The notes under the pieces were generated by a model. That model was not told where the DNA came from, did no database searches, and saw only the letters and a list, made by a program, of their open reading frames with translations. Shown here piece after piece: positions 26,775-38,000 of a stretch of DNA of 64,000 nt (position 1 is its first letter; each line of letters starts with the position of its first letter). Position numbers and translations under genes: made by a program. The DNA is taken from the NCBI RefSeq assembly GCF_006345805.1, contig NC_043011.1, positions 24,440,464 through 24,504,463 on the forward strand. Reading direction: 5' to 3'. The DNA comes from Octopus sinensis. Its lineage: Eukaryota.

Positions 26775-27135
26775 CCTGCATGCTATATGGGGAACTGCAT
26801 GCTATATGGGGAACTTGTGAATGGAAAGAGACCCCGGCAGAAACCAAGGCTGTGATTTAAGGACTGTGTCAAGTCATTAAATCCCTGTGATTTGCAGGAG
26901 AGTGACTGGAAGAGCAATGCTTGTCATCGCCACAGATGGAGAAAGCAGGTTAAGGTGGGGGGTCAGCACCATTGAGAGAGCACATATTCTGCATGAAGAA
27001 CTTAAGCATGCTGTTTGAAAGCACACTGCTAGTGTAGTGAATGGGGAAAGCTTCGTTTGCAATGTTTGCAGTTGTGTATACTTGTCAAGAGCAGGGCTCA
27101 TTAGCCACCAACAGAGCCACAAATGCAAAATATTA
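26775..27135 (+). mobile_element. RTE/BovB-like LINE 3' fragment with C2H2 finger
   Basis: LYGELVNGKRPRQKPRL*FKDCVKS...DWKSNACHRHRWRKQVK...FVCNVCSCVYLSRAGLISHQQSH matches the RTE C-terminal pattern. Confidence 0.8.
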
Positions 27136-27239
27136 GTTAGTCTAGAGTGCACAGTGTTCCTGAAGGTCAGCAATGATCTTCCTTGGTCACAAGTGGATGG
27201 CCATCACGTATGTGTACCTGTATATATGCATGTATTCAG

Positions 27240-27770
27240 TTACAAAACTGAATACATAAACAAGTGCCTGTCCAACAGTGATTGCATCATCCATACTCTC
27301 AACAATGTGCCCTTAAATATGGTTTCTGATTATAAATATCTTGGGTCATACATATCATCATCTGGAAAAGACTTTCTAACTAGAAAGGGTATGGCCTGGT
27401 CAGCCTGTAATGACATGCATAAGATCTGGTCATCAAATCTAAGTAGAGACTCTCGTGGAAGCGCCATCCAACCAAAATGCAAATATATGGGAAACTACCA
27501 CCTGTGTCATCTCTTGTGAAAGGTAGGAGAGTCCAGTTTGCTGGACATTGTTGTAGAGCTGAAAAAGAAGTAATTTCTACTCTTCTCCTCTGGAAGCCAT
27601 CTACTCGCAATACCAGAGGGCGCACACTCTCCTACCCTGATGTAATCTCCAGGGATACAGGCATCCAGCAACAGGACCTCCGTAATGCCATGATGGACCG
27701 TGAAGTCTGGCGTAGCATGGTAAATTCCATTGTCTCGACCACGGTCGAACACTGATGATGATGATGATAT
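27240..27770 (+). mobile_element. Second RTE-clade LINE 3' fragment with internal deletion and (GAT)n tail
   Basis: VSDYKYLGSYISSSGKDFLTRKGMAWSAC / deletion near 27452 / IYGKLPPVSSLVKGRRVQFAGHC...DREVWRSMV, then TGATGATGATG. Confidence 0.88.
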
Positions 27771-27939
27771 ATGCATGTTTGTGTGTATGTATGCATTCTT
27801 TTTCTCATTTAATTTAGAGTTAATTTTGACTGGCTACCTACTTGGTAGCAATGTTGTTAGGGAAAGCATTTTGTTTTATTCATCATCCTTTAAATATTAA
27901 GAAGATATAACAGATTTTTATTGTCCCAGATATAGTGAA

Positions 27940-28830
27940 CATTTGTAGTGTATGAATTCAGGAATTGCATTCTCTCCTCACTAACCCAAGTCCAGCCATA
28001 TTTTTATCCAGGTAGGTTGATACTCTTCCTGTTACTCTAAAAACTGGGTATGAAACTGAAAGTGTAACTTGGGCACTGGATTTGAAAACTCTTTATCAGT
28101 GGGCCATAAATATTTTCTCTCCCTTGAATTTTTCTAACCACATTCGTATTCAGAGAACAGCTGATTTCCACAACAGAACATATCCTTTCTTTCTGGTCCC
28201 CCACACAACAATATCTGGCCGGTTGTGTTTTAATTTAGGGGTTGTTTTAATTTTTAACTTCCACCAATATTCTTTTGACCCATCAGTTTCAATATAGTCG
28301 ACATTGTCTGTTAATATTTGTTGTTGTTTTCTTATCCTGTTTCAGACTATTCTAGCCACTGCATCATGCCTCATAGGAAAATAATATCTAGAAGATATTG
28401 GCAATAAAACTGGTTGACATCATCAGTTTTAGTTTTGCACAGCCTGCTTTTGTTGTCTTAATGTTTTCTGCCTTTTATGAAGCAAATACATGGTGGAACT
28501 CTCTTATTCTTCAATTGCATGGATGTAGCCTTCAAAGTGCAATGTCATAAACTTGTCAGTACTACATGCTAAGCTTTAATATGATTTATTCCCTCTATGA
28601 CTTGCATTTTACATGATAAGTACTCATGCACTACTTTCTTGGTGTTGGGTGCATTTAAAAAAAATGTTGTTCTGATAAATAGAGTTTCCCAATGCTCCTT
28701 AGGGAAAGATCTGCATCACCTCTTATTTCATGCCTCTCCTCAAGTTTATTGGCTATTCTAATTATGCTGCTGATTTCGTGCTTGTGATCTTAAGCAAGCT
28801 TTCAAACTGGCATTGGTTGAACAAGTCATA
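27940..28830 (-). mobile_element. Decayed R4/Dong/HERO-type non-LTR retrotransposon, zinc knuckle plus restriction-like endonuclease
   Basis: Minus-strand frames give FEGYIHAIEE, RLCKTKTDDVN, SSRYYFPMRHDAVARIV, EYWW, HNRPDIVVW, CSVVEISCSLNTNV and NIYGPLIKS. There are multiple frameshifts. Confidence 0.8.
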
Positions 28831-28871
28831 TGTGTGTGAGTGTGTGTGTGTGTGCATGTGTTTGTGTGTGA

Positions 28872-28902
<31 letters not shown>

Positions 28903-29055
28903 AGTGTGTGTGTGTGTGTGTGCATATGAGTGTGTGTGTGTGTGTGTGTGTATTATATACTTATGGGTGAGTTATGATCTTCTGACCCTGATGGAAGACA
29001 GTATTGATTTGTCCAACCCACGATAGCAGAAAAAGCAGATATAAAATGACAACTC

Positions 29056-29621
29056 TTGGGTTGTCTGGAAAGTTTGTGCCAATTTATAACAGCTTACCTT
29101 TTGACTTATCTTAGAACATGGTTGAGTCCATAAAATAGGATTTGACTACACCTCCATTTAGAGCACAGTTTAAGCTAACTTTTCGTGGAAGAAGGTTTAT
29201 GTTCCTATAACCTGTGTTAATTCTGTAACCCTTTAAAATGGAAGATAAGAAAGTTCATTTTTGCCACTTGATGCTTTGGGAACCAGACAAAAATTGCTGC
29301 AGCTCGGCTCGGATGTATTACCCCACCCTCCATATTCACCAGATATTGCTCCTTCAGATTTCCACTTATTCAGGTCTCAGCAGAATAGTCTTAATGGTAA
29401 AAATTTCAATTCCTAGGATGATGTAAAAAGATACCTTGATGAATTCTTTGCCTTGAAACTACCCCAATTCTGGGAAGAGGGTATTTTCAAGTTAAAGGAA
29501 AGATGGAAACGCCTTGTGCAACAAAATGATTCATATTTAGTTGATTAAAAATGTAATTGCAAGTATTTATTGACCTTTTTCTTTCTTTTAAAAATCGGCA
29601 CGAACTTTCCGGACAACCCAA
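29056..29621 (+). mobile_element. Complete non-autonomous mariner (DD34D-type) deletion derivative with both TIRs
   Basis: TIRs TTGGGTTGTCTGGAAAGTTTGTGCCAATTT and AAAATCGGCACGAACTTTCCGGACAACCCAA-TA. N-terminal MEDKKVHF is fused to DVLPHPPYSPDIAPSDFHLFRS...KERWKRLVQQNDSY. Confidence 0.9.
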
Positions 29622-29639
29622 TACAATGATGATTTGAGT

Positions 29640-30100
29640 ATTAAATCATTATGTATCTCACCTATCTATGACTTTCAGGTGACTTAACACCCAGTGCAAT
29701 GAGGGCTCTTTGCCACAGTAAACCAAGCTCTTTGCTGCAGTAAACCAGCAAACAGAACACATACATTGAACACATGCAGCTGATAATGTTTACAAGACTA
29801 TCACTACTTTTAATTCATTACAGAATTTAATCTTATGCCTGCATCATCACAGCATGCCAGCAAATAGGTTTTACACTGTTTATATATAGCCAATGACCAG
29901 TTCGTCGCTGGTTCAGCTCAGGTACAAAATTGATGAAATATTGCTATCCATCATTCCTGAATGGAATCCTTTGCCTGTCTACGAATTTCAAGTCTTTTAA
30001 CACCCAGTGCAATGAGGGAACCATCTTTCAAGCACTTTAGCACAGCAAACCAGTAGACAAGCAAAATACATACAATGAGGGTGTGTGGTCAATAATGTTT
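29640..30100 (-). mobile_element. Possible Penelope-like element remnant
   Basis: Partial direct repeat TTAACACCCAGTGCAATGAGGG at about 29685 and 29998. The minus frame RRQAKDSIQE*WIAIFHQF/VPELN loosely resembles a GIY-YIG C-terminus. Confidence 0.3.
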
Positions 30101-30101
30101 C

Positions 30102-30159
<58 letters not shown>

Positions 30160-30293
30160 ATATATATATATATATATATATATATAATGATTACTGGAAC
30201 AGCTGTAAGCCAAATTTGCTTTAATAAAGCAAAAATATGTGATGACCATTATTTATTTATATCTTGTCTTATATATTTATATATGTAGGTATA

Positions 30294-30373
<80 letters not shown>

Positions 30374-30951
30374 CCTATCTCACTACCATAGCTGATAGAT
30401 TAGCAAAGGGAACGACCCCTCCTCACCACAAGCACAATTTTCAAAATGGCGCCTTTTCAATAATTTTGTTTTGTTTGATAAAAGTTAAATCTTCTTTTTT
30501 TTCATTTATCGCATGGCCTTGATAGAACTTTCTGGAGTCATTACTTTATTTGACCAACCTCCCTTGTTTTTTGAACTGTCTGCTCAATCTCCTCTGATGT
30601 GTCGGCAGCCGCTGACATCTGAAGAACTGAAACAAACCCTGACGTCATAACCTCTTCTTTTTCATGTCTCTTCTATGTCTGAGAGTTGTAAGTTTCATGC
30701 ATAATGACAACGTTACTGAGACATGAAATTAATTAATGTAGAATACAATTACATATATTATAACTAATGAAATATTTTGCGCAATATAAGAGGAGTTAAA
30801 TGACTTAAAACTTGTTTGGTATGAGTAATGGCGCCTCATTTTTATGTGCTCACCCCCCTAACTTTAGAACCTGGCTATGCCTCTGATCTATATATCTGCC
30901 TGCTTGCCTGCCTATCTGTCTGTCTACTTCTCTATCTCTCTCTCTCTCTAT

Positions 30952-31215
30952 CATCATCATCATCATCATCATCGTTTAACGTCCGCTTTCCGCGCTAGCA
31001 CGGGTTGGACGGTTTGACCGGGTCTGGGAAGCCAGGGGCCGCACCAGGCTCCAGTCTGAATCTGGCAGAGTTTCTACGGCTGGATGCCCTTCCTAACGCC
31101 AACCACTCCGTGAGTGGATTGGTGCTTTTTACGTGCCACCTGCACAGGGGCCGGAGGGTCCGGCATCGTCACGATCGGTTCGAGCATTTTAACGTGTCAG
31201 CGGCACATGGGCAAC
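30952..31215 (-). mobile_element. Very young (CpG-intact) family C retroposon 3' body with (GAT)n tail
   Basis: Reverse complement reads GGCACGTAAAAAGCACC..GGAGTGGTTGGCGTTAGGAAGGGCATCCAGCCGTAG...GCGGAAAGCGGACGTTAAACGATGATG. It keeps CpGs that are lost in most other copies. Confidence 0.88.
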
Positions 31216-32027
31216 GAGGTCCGGGGTACTTTGGGGATCCGGGGTACTTAGAATGAGTAGGGGGTATGTGGAATTGCTGCAGAAAGCAGCCCGGGTCTTG
31301 TAGTCACAGCATTTATCATCACTGAGTAACGTAATTAGGTAGAGGAAAGAATACAGATATTCTAGAGTTGAGTTGGGGAGGGGGAGGTCCAGTTGAGGCG
31401 GGTAATATAGGAGGGCAACCAGTGGAAGGTTGGGGTAAGGAGGAACGATGGCAGGAAGGGTTGGTGTAGGTTCCTAAGAAATAAAGACATTCGTTATCGT
31501 CACTGAGTAACGTTATTAGGTAGAGGAAAGAATACAGATATTCGAGAGTTGAGTTGGGGAGAGGTGGGGTCCAGTTGAGGCGGGTAATATAGGGGAGCAA
31601 CCAGTGGGGAAGGTTGGGGTAAGGAGGAACGATGGCAGGAAGGGTTGGTGTAGGTTCCTAAGAATAAAAAACATAGGATATTACGAGGCGGGAGGGTGCT
31701 AAAGGGGATAGTCGGAATGAGGCAGTGTCAGGAGGAAGCATAAGATCGGTGGGCAGTTTATGAGCTATGGCGCTAGCAGCTTGTCTTTTCACAGTGAAAG
31801 CATATGAGGAGAAGGGGTAGTGGGGGGAGGGGGAGGGAGTAGAGCGTACCCGGTGTAGATGAGTAAGGCGTATCCGTGTGTAGATGGTGAGGACAGGGTA
31901 TACTGGTATTGGTGGTGGGAGGTGAGGAACAGTGTTCACCGTATTGGTGGTGGGGGTGAGAACAGTGTTCATCGGTATTGGTGGTGGGGTTTGGTGGTGG
32001 GGGTGGTGGGGTGGGGGGCGGTCGCGA
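31216..32027. repeat. Purine/G-rich linker with a 181 bp direct duplication, ~33 bp repeats and G-tracts
   Basis: CACTGAGTAACG...GTTCCTAAGAA at 31320 and 31501, GGTATTGGTGGTGGG three times at 31906-31990, and a G-run tract at 31980-32020. Confidence 0.85.
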
Positions 32028-35000
32028 CCGCCAATGGCTGAAAGATGAGAAGAGATGGGAAGAGATGGGAAAGATAGGATTACGGCTTGAGGTAGCCTGG
32101 CCTAAGGTTAAATTTTGTAGAGAGAGATAGAACGATAAATCAAGTTATGGCGAAGGCTTGAAAGTAGCCTAAAAGGTTAAATTTCGTAACAATGTATGAA
32201 GAAACGTAGTAACAACGAATAAAATAGTAAATATAAATTTTTAAGAACTTGCTGCGGACATCGAACGGGATTTGAAATTGAATTGGGAATTAAATTATAG
32301 AATCGTAATGGTGAGAGGAGGAAAAAAAGGAAAAAAAGACCGCCAATGGCTGAAAGATGAGAAGAGATGGGAGAGATGGAAAGATAGGATTACGGCTTGA
32401 GGTACCTGGCCTAAGGTTAAATTTTGTAGAGAGAGAGAATAGAACGATAAATCAAGTTATGGCGAAGGCTTGAAAGTAGCCTAAAAGGTTTAATTTTCGT
32501 AACAATGTATGAAGAAACGTAGTAACAACGAATAAATAGTAAGATAATTTTTAAGAACTTGCTGCGGACATCGAACGGGAGTTGAAATTGAATTGGGAAT
32601 TTAAATTATAGAATCGTAATGGTGAGAGGAGGAAAAAAAAGGAAAAAAACCGCCAATGGCTGAAAGATGAGAAGAGATGGGAAGAGAATAGGGAAGAATG
32701 GATTACGGCTTGAGGTAGCCTGGCCTAAGGTTAAATTTTGTAGAGAGAGAGATAGAACGATAAATCAAGTTATGGCGAAGGCTTGAAAGTAGCCTAAAGG
32801 TTAAATTTTCGTAACAATGTATGAAGAAACGTAGTAACAACGAATAAATAGTAAGATAAATTTTAAGAACTTGCTGCGGACATCGAACGGGAGTTGAAAT
32901 TGAATTGGGAATTTAATTATAGAATCGTATGGTGAGAGGAGGAAAAAAAGAAAAAAAGACCGCCAATGGCTGAAAGATGAGAAGATGGGAAGAGAGAAGA
33001 GATAGGATACGATTACGGCTTGAGGTAGCCTGGCCTAAGGTTAAATTTTGTAGAGAGAGAGATAGACGATAAATCAAGTTATGGCGAAGGCTTGAAAGTA
33101 GCCTAAAAGGTTAAATTTTCGTAACAATGTATGAAGAAACGTAGTAACAACGAATAAAATAGTAAGATAAATTTTAAGAACTTGCTGCGGACATCGAACG
33201 GGAGTTGAAATTGAATTGGGATTTAAATTATATGAATCGTAATGTGTGAGAGGAGGAAAAAAAAGAAAAAAAGACCGCCATGGCTGAAAGATGAGAAGAG
33301 ATGGAAGAGATGGGAAGAGATAGGATTACGGCTTGAGTAGCCTGGCCTAAGGTTAAATTTGTAGAGAGAGAGATAGAACGATAAATCAGTTATGGCGAAG
33401 GCTTGAAAGTAGCCTAAAGGTTAAATTTTCGTAACAATGTATGAAGAAACGTAGTAACAACGAATAAAATAGTAGATAAATTTTAAGAACTTGCTGCGGA
33501 CATCGAACGGGAGTTGAAATTGAATTGGGAATTTAAATTATAGAATCGTAATGGTGAGAGGAGGAAAAAAAAGGAAAAAAAGACCGCCAATGGCTGAAAG
33601 ATGAGAAGAGATGGGAAAGATGGGAAGAGATAGGATTACGGCTTGAGGTAGCCTGGCCTAAGGTTAAATTTTGTAGAGAAGAGATAGAACGATAAATCAA
33701 GTTATGGCGAAGGCTTGAAAGTAGCCTAAAAGGTTAAATTTTCGTAACAATGTATGAAAAACGTAGTAACAACGAATAAAATAGTAAGATAAATTTTTAG
33801 AACTTGCTGCGGACATCGAACGGGAGTTGAAATTGAATTGGGAATTTAAATTATAGAATCGTAATGGTGAGAGGAAGAAAAAAAAAAAAAGACCGCCAAT
33901 GGCTGAAAGATGAGAAGAGATGGGAAGAGATGGGAAGAGATAGGATTACGGCTTGAGGTAGCCTGGCCTAGGTTAAATTTTGTAGAGAGAGAGATAGAAC
34001 GATAAATCAAGTTATGGCGAAGCTTGAAAGTAGCCTAAAGGTTAAATTTTCGTAACAATGTATGAAGAAACGTATAACAACGAATAAAATAGTAAGATAA
34101 ATTTTTAAGAACTTGCTGCGGACATCGAACGGGAGTTGAAATTGAATTGGGAATTTAAATTATAGAATCGTAATGGTGAGAGGAAAAAAAAAGGAAAAAA
34201 AGACCGCCAATGGCTGAAAGATGAGAAGAGATGGAAGAGATGGGAAGAGATAGGATTACGGCTTGAGGTAGCCTGGCCTAAGGTTAAATTTTGTAGAGAG
34301 AGAGATAGAACGATAAATCAAGTTATGGCGAAGGCTTGAAAGTAGCCTAAAGGTTAAATTTTCGTAACAATGTATGAAGAAACGTAGTAACAACGAATAA
34401 AATAGTAAGATAAATTTTTAAGAACTTGCTGCGGACATCGAACGGAGTTGAAATTGAATTGGGAATTTAAATTATAGAATCGTAATGGTGAGAGGAGGAA
34501 AAAAAAGGAAAAAAGACCGCCAATGGCTGAAAGATGAGAAGAGATGGGAAGAGATGGAAGAGATAGGATTACGGCTTGAGGTAGCCTGGCCTAAGGTTAA
34601 ATTTGTAGAGAGAGAGATAGAACGATAAATCAAGTTATGGCGAAGGCTTGAAAGTAGCCTAAAAGGTTAAATTTTCGTAACAATGTATGAAGAAACGTAG
34701 TAACAACGAATAAAATAGTAAGATAAATTTTTAAGAACTTGCTGCGGACATCGAACGGGAGTTGAAATTGATTGGGAATTTAAATTATAGAATCGTAATG
34801 GTGAGAGGAGGAAAAAAAGGAAAAAAAGACCGCCAATGGCTGAAAGATGAGAAGATGGGAAGAGATGGGAAGAGATAGGATTACGGCTTGAGTAGCCTGG
34901 CCTAAGGTTAAATTTTGTAGAGAGAGAGATAGAACGATAAATCAAGTTATGGCGAAGGCTTGAAAGTAGCCTAAAAGGTTAAATTTTCGTAACAATGTAT

Positions 35001-38000
35001 GAAGAAACGTAGTAACAACGAATAAAATAGTAAGATAAATTTTTAAGAACTTGCTGCGGACATCGAACGGGAGTTGAAATTGAATTGGGAATTTAAATTA
35101 TAGAATCGTAATGGTGAGAGGAGGAAAAAAAAGGAAAAAAAGACCGCCAATGGCTGAAAGATGAGAAGAGATGGGAAGAGATGGGAAGAGATAGGATTAC
35201 GGCTTGAGGTAGCCTGGCCTAAGGTTAAATTTTGTAGAGAGAGAGATAGAACGATAAATCAAGTTATGGCGAAGGCTTGAAAGTAGCCTAAAAGGTTAAA
35301 TTTTCGTAACAATGTATGAAGAAACGTAGTAACAACGAATAAAATAGTAAGATAAATTTTTAAGAACTTGCTGCGGACATCGAACGGGAGTTGAAATTGA
35401 ATTGGGAATTTAAATTATAGAATCGTAATGGTGAGAGGAGGAAAAAAAGGAAAAAAAGACCGCCAATGGCTGAAAGATGAGAAGAGATGGAGAGATGGGA
35501 AGAGATAGGATTACGGCTTGAGGTAGCCTGGCCTAAGGTTAAATTTTGTAGAGAGAGAGATAGAACGATAAATCAAGTTATGGCGAAGGCTTGAAAGTAG
35601 CCTAAAAGGTTAAATTTTCGTAACAATGTATGAAGAAACGTAGTAACAACGAATAAAATATAAGATAAATAATTTTTAAGAACTTGCTGCGGACATCGAA
35701 CGGGAGTTGAAATTGAATTGGGAATTTAAATTATAGAATCGTAATGTGAGAGGAGGAAAAAAAGGAAAAAAGACCGCCAATGGCTGAAAGATGAGAAGAG
35801 ATGGGAAGAGATGGGAAGAATAGGATTACGGCTTGAGGTAGCCTGGCCTAAGGTTAAATTTTGTAGAGAGAGAGATAGAACGATAAATCAAGTTATGGCG
35901 AAGGCTTGAAAGTAGCCTAAAAGGTTAAATTTTCGTAACAATGTATGAAGAACGTAGTAACAACGAATAAATAGTAAGATAATTTTTAAGAACTTGCTGC
36001 GGACATCGAACGGGAGTTGAAATTGAATTGGGAATTTAAATTATAGAATCGTAATGGTGAGAGGAGAAAAAAAAGGAAAAAAAGACCGCCAATGGCTGAA
36101 AGATGAGAAGAGATGGGAAGAGATGGAAGAGATAGGATTACGGCTTGAGGTAGCCTGGCCTAAGGTTAAATTTGTATAGAGAGAGATAGAACGATAAATC
36201 AAGTTATGGCGAAGGCTTGAAAGTAGCCTAAAAGGTTAAATTTTCGTAACAATGTATGAAGAAACGTAGTAACAACGAATAAATAGTAAGATAAATTTTT
36301 AAGAACTTGCTGCGGACATCGAACGGAGTTGAAATTGAATTGGGAATTTAAATTATAGAATCGTAATGGTGAGAGGAGGAAAAAAAGGAAAAAAAAGACC
36401 GCCAATGGCTGAAAGATGAGAAGAGAGGGAAGAGATGGGAAGAGATAGGATTACGGCGGCTTGAGGTAGCCTGGCCTAAGGTAAATTTTGTAGAGAGAGA
36501 GATAGAACGATAAATCAAGTTGGCGAAGGCTTGAAAGTAGCCTAAAAGGTTAAATTTTCGTAACATGTATGAAGAAACGTAGTAACAACGAATAAAATAG
36601 TAAGATAAATTTTTAAGAACTTGCTGCGGACATCGAACGGGAGTTGAAATTGAATTGGGAATTTAAATTATAGATCGTAATGGTGAGAGAGGAAAAAAAA
36701 GAAAAAAACCGCCAATGGCTGAAAGATGAGAAGAGATGGGAAGAGATGGGAAGATAGGATTACGGCTTGAGGTAGCCTGGCCTAAGGTTAAATTTTGTAG
36801 AGAGAGAGATAGAACGATAAATCAAGTTATGGCGAAGGCTTGAAAGTAGCCTAAAAGGTTAAATTTTCGTAACAATGTATGAAGAAACGTAGTAACAACG
36901 AATAAAATAGTAAGATAAATTTTTAAGAACTTGCTGCGGACATCGAACGGGAGTTGAAATTGAATTGGGAATTTAAATTATAGAATCGTAATGGTGAGAG
37001 GAGGAAAAAAAAGGAAAAAAGACCGCCAATGGCTGAAAGATGAGAAGATGGAAGAGATGGGAAGAGATAGGATTACGGCTTGAGGTAGCCTGGCCTAAGG
37101 TTAAATTTTGTAGAGAGAGAGATAGAACGATAAATCAAGTTATGGCGAAGGCTTGAAAGTAGCCTAAAAGTTAAATTTTCGTAACAATGTATGAAGAAAC
37201 GTAGTAACAACGAATAAATAGTAAGATAAATTTTTAAGAACTTGCTGCGGACATCGAACGGGAGTTGAAATTGAATTGGGAATTTAAATTATAGAATCGT
37301 AATGGTGAGAGGAGGAAAAAAAGGAAAAAAAGACCGCCAATGGCTGAAAGATGAGAAGAGATGGGAAGAGATGGGAAGAGATAGGATTACGGCTTGAGGT
37401 AGCCTGGCCTAAGGTTAAATTTTGTAGAGAGAGAGATAGAACGATAAATCAAGTTATGGCGAAGGCTTGAAAGTAGCCTAAAAGGTTAAATTTTCGTAAC
37501 AATGTATGAAGAAACGTAGTAACAACGAATAAAATAGTAAGATAAATTTTTAAGAACTTGCTGCGGACATCGAACGGGAGTTGAAATTGAATTGGGATTT
37601 AAATTATAGAATCGTAATGGTGAGAGGAGGAAAAAAAGAAAAAAAGACCGCCAATGGCTGAAAGATGAGAAGAGATGGAAGAGATGGGAAGAGATAGGAT
37701 TACGGCTTGAGGTAGCCTGGCCTAAGGTTAAATTTTGTAGAGAGAGAGAGATAGAACGAAATCAAGTTATGGCGAAGGCTTGAAAGTAGCCTAAAAGGTT
37801 AAATTTTCGTAACAATGTATGAAGAAACGTAGTAACCACGAATAAAATAGTAAGATAAATTTTTAAGAACTTGCTGCGGACATCGAACGGGAGTTGAAAT
37901 TGAATTGGGAATTTAAATTATAGAATCGTAATGGTGAGAGGAGGAAAAAAAAGGAAAAAAAGACCGCCAATGGCTGAAAGATGAGAAGAGATGGGAAGAG

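Noticed and set aside
30618-30650. CTGAAGA-ACT-GAAAC as a minimal hammerhead
   Set aside because: No stem II pair, no stem III palindrome and no stem I partner.
31262-31300. VELLQKAARVL resembling an RLE-retrotransposon C-terminus
   Set aside because: Too short, with no upstream PD..D/E motif in any frame.
34667-36566. ORFs inside the satellite
   Set aside because: They are open only in copies with particular indels. The consensus monomer has stops in these frames.
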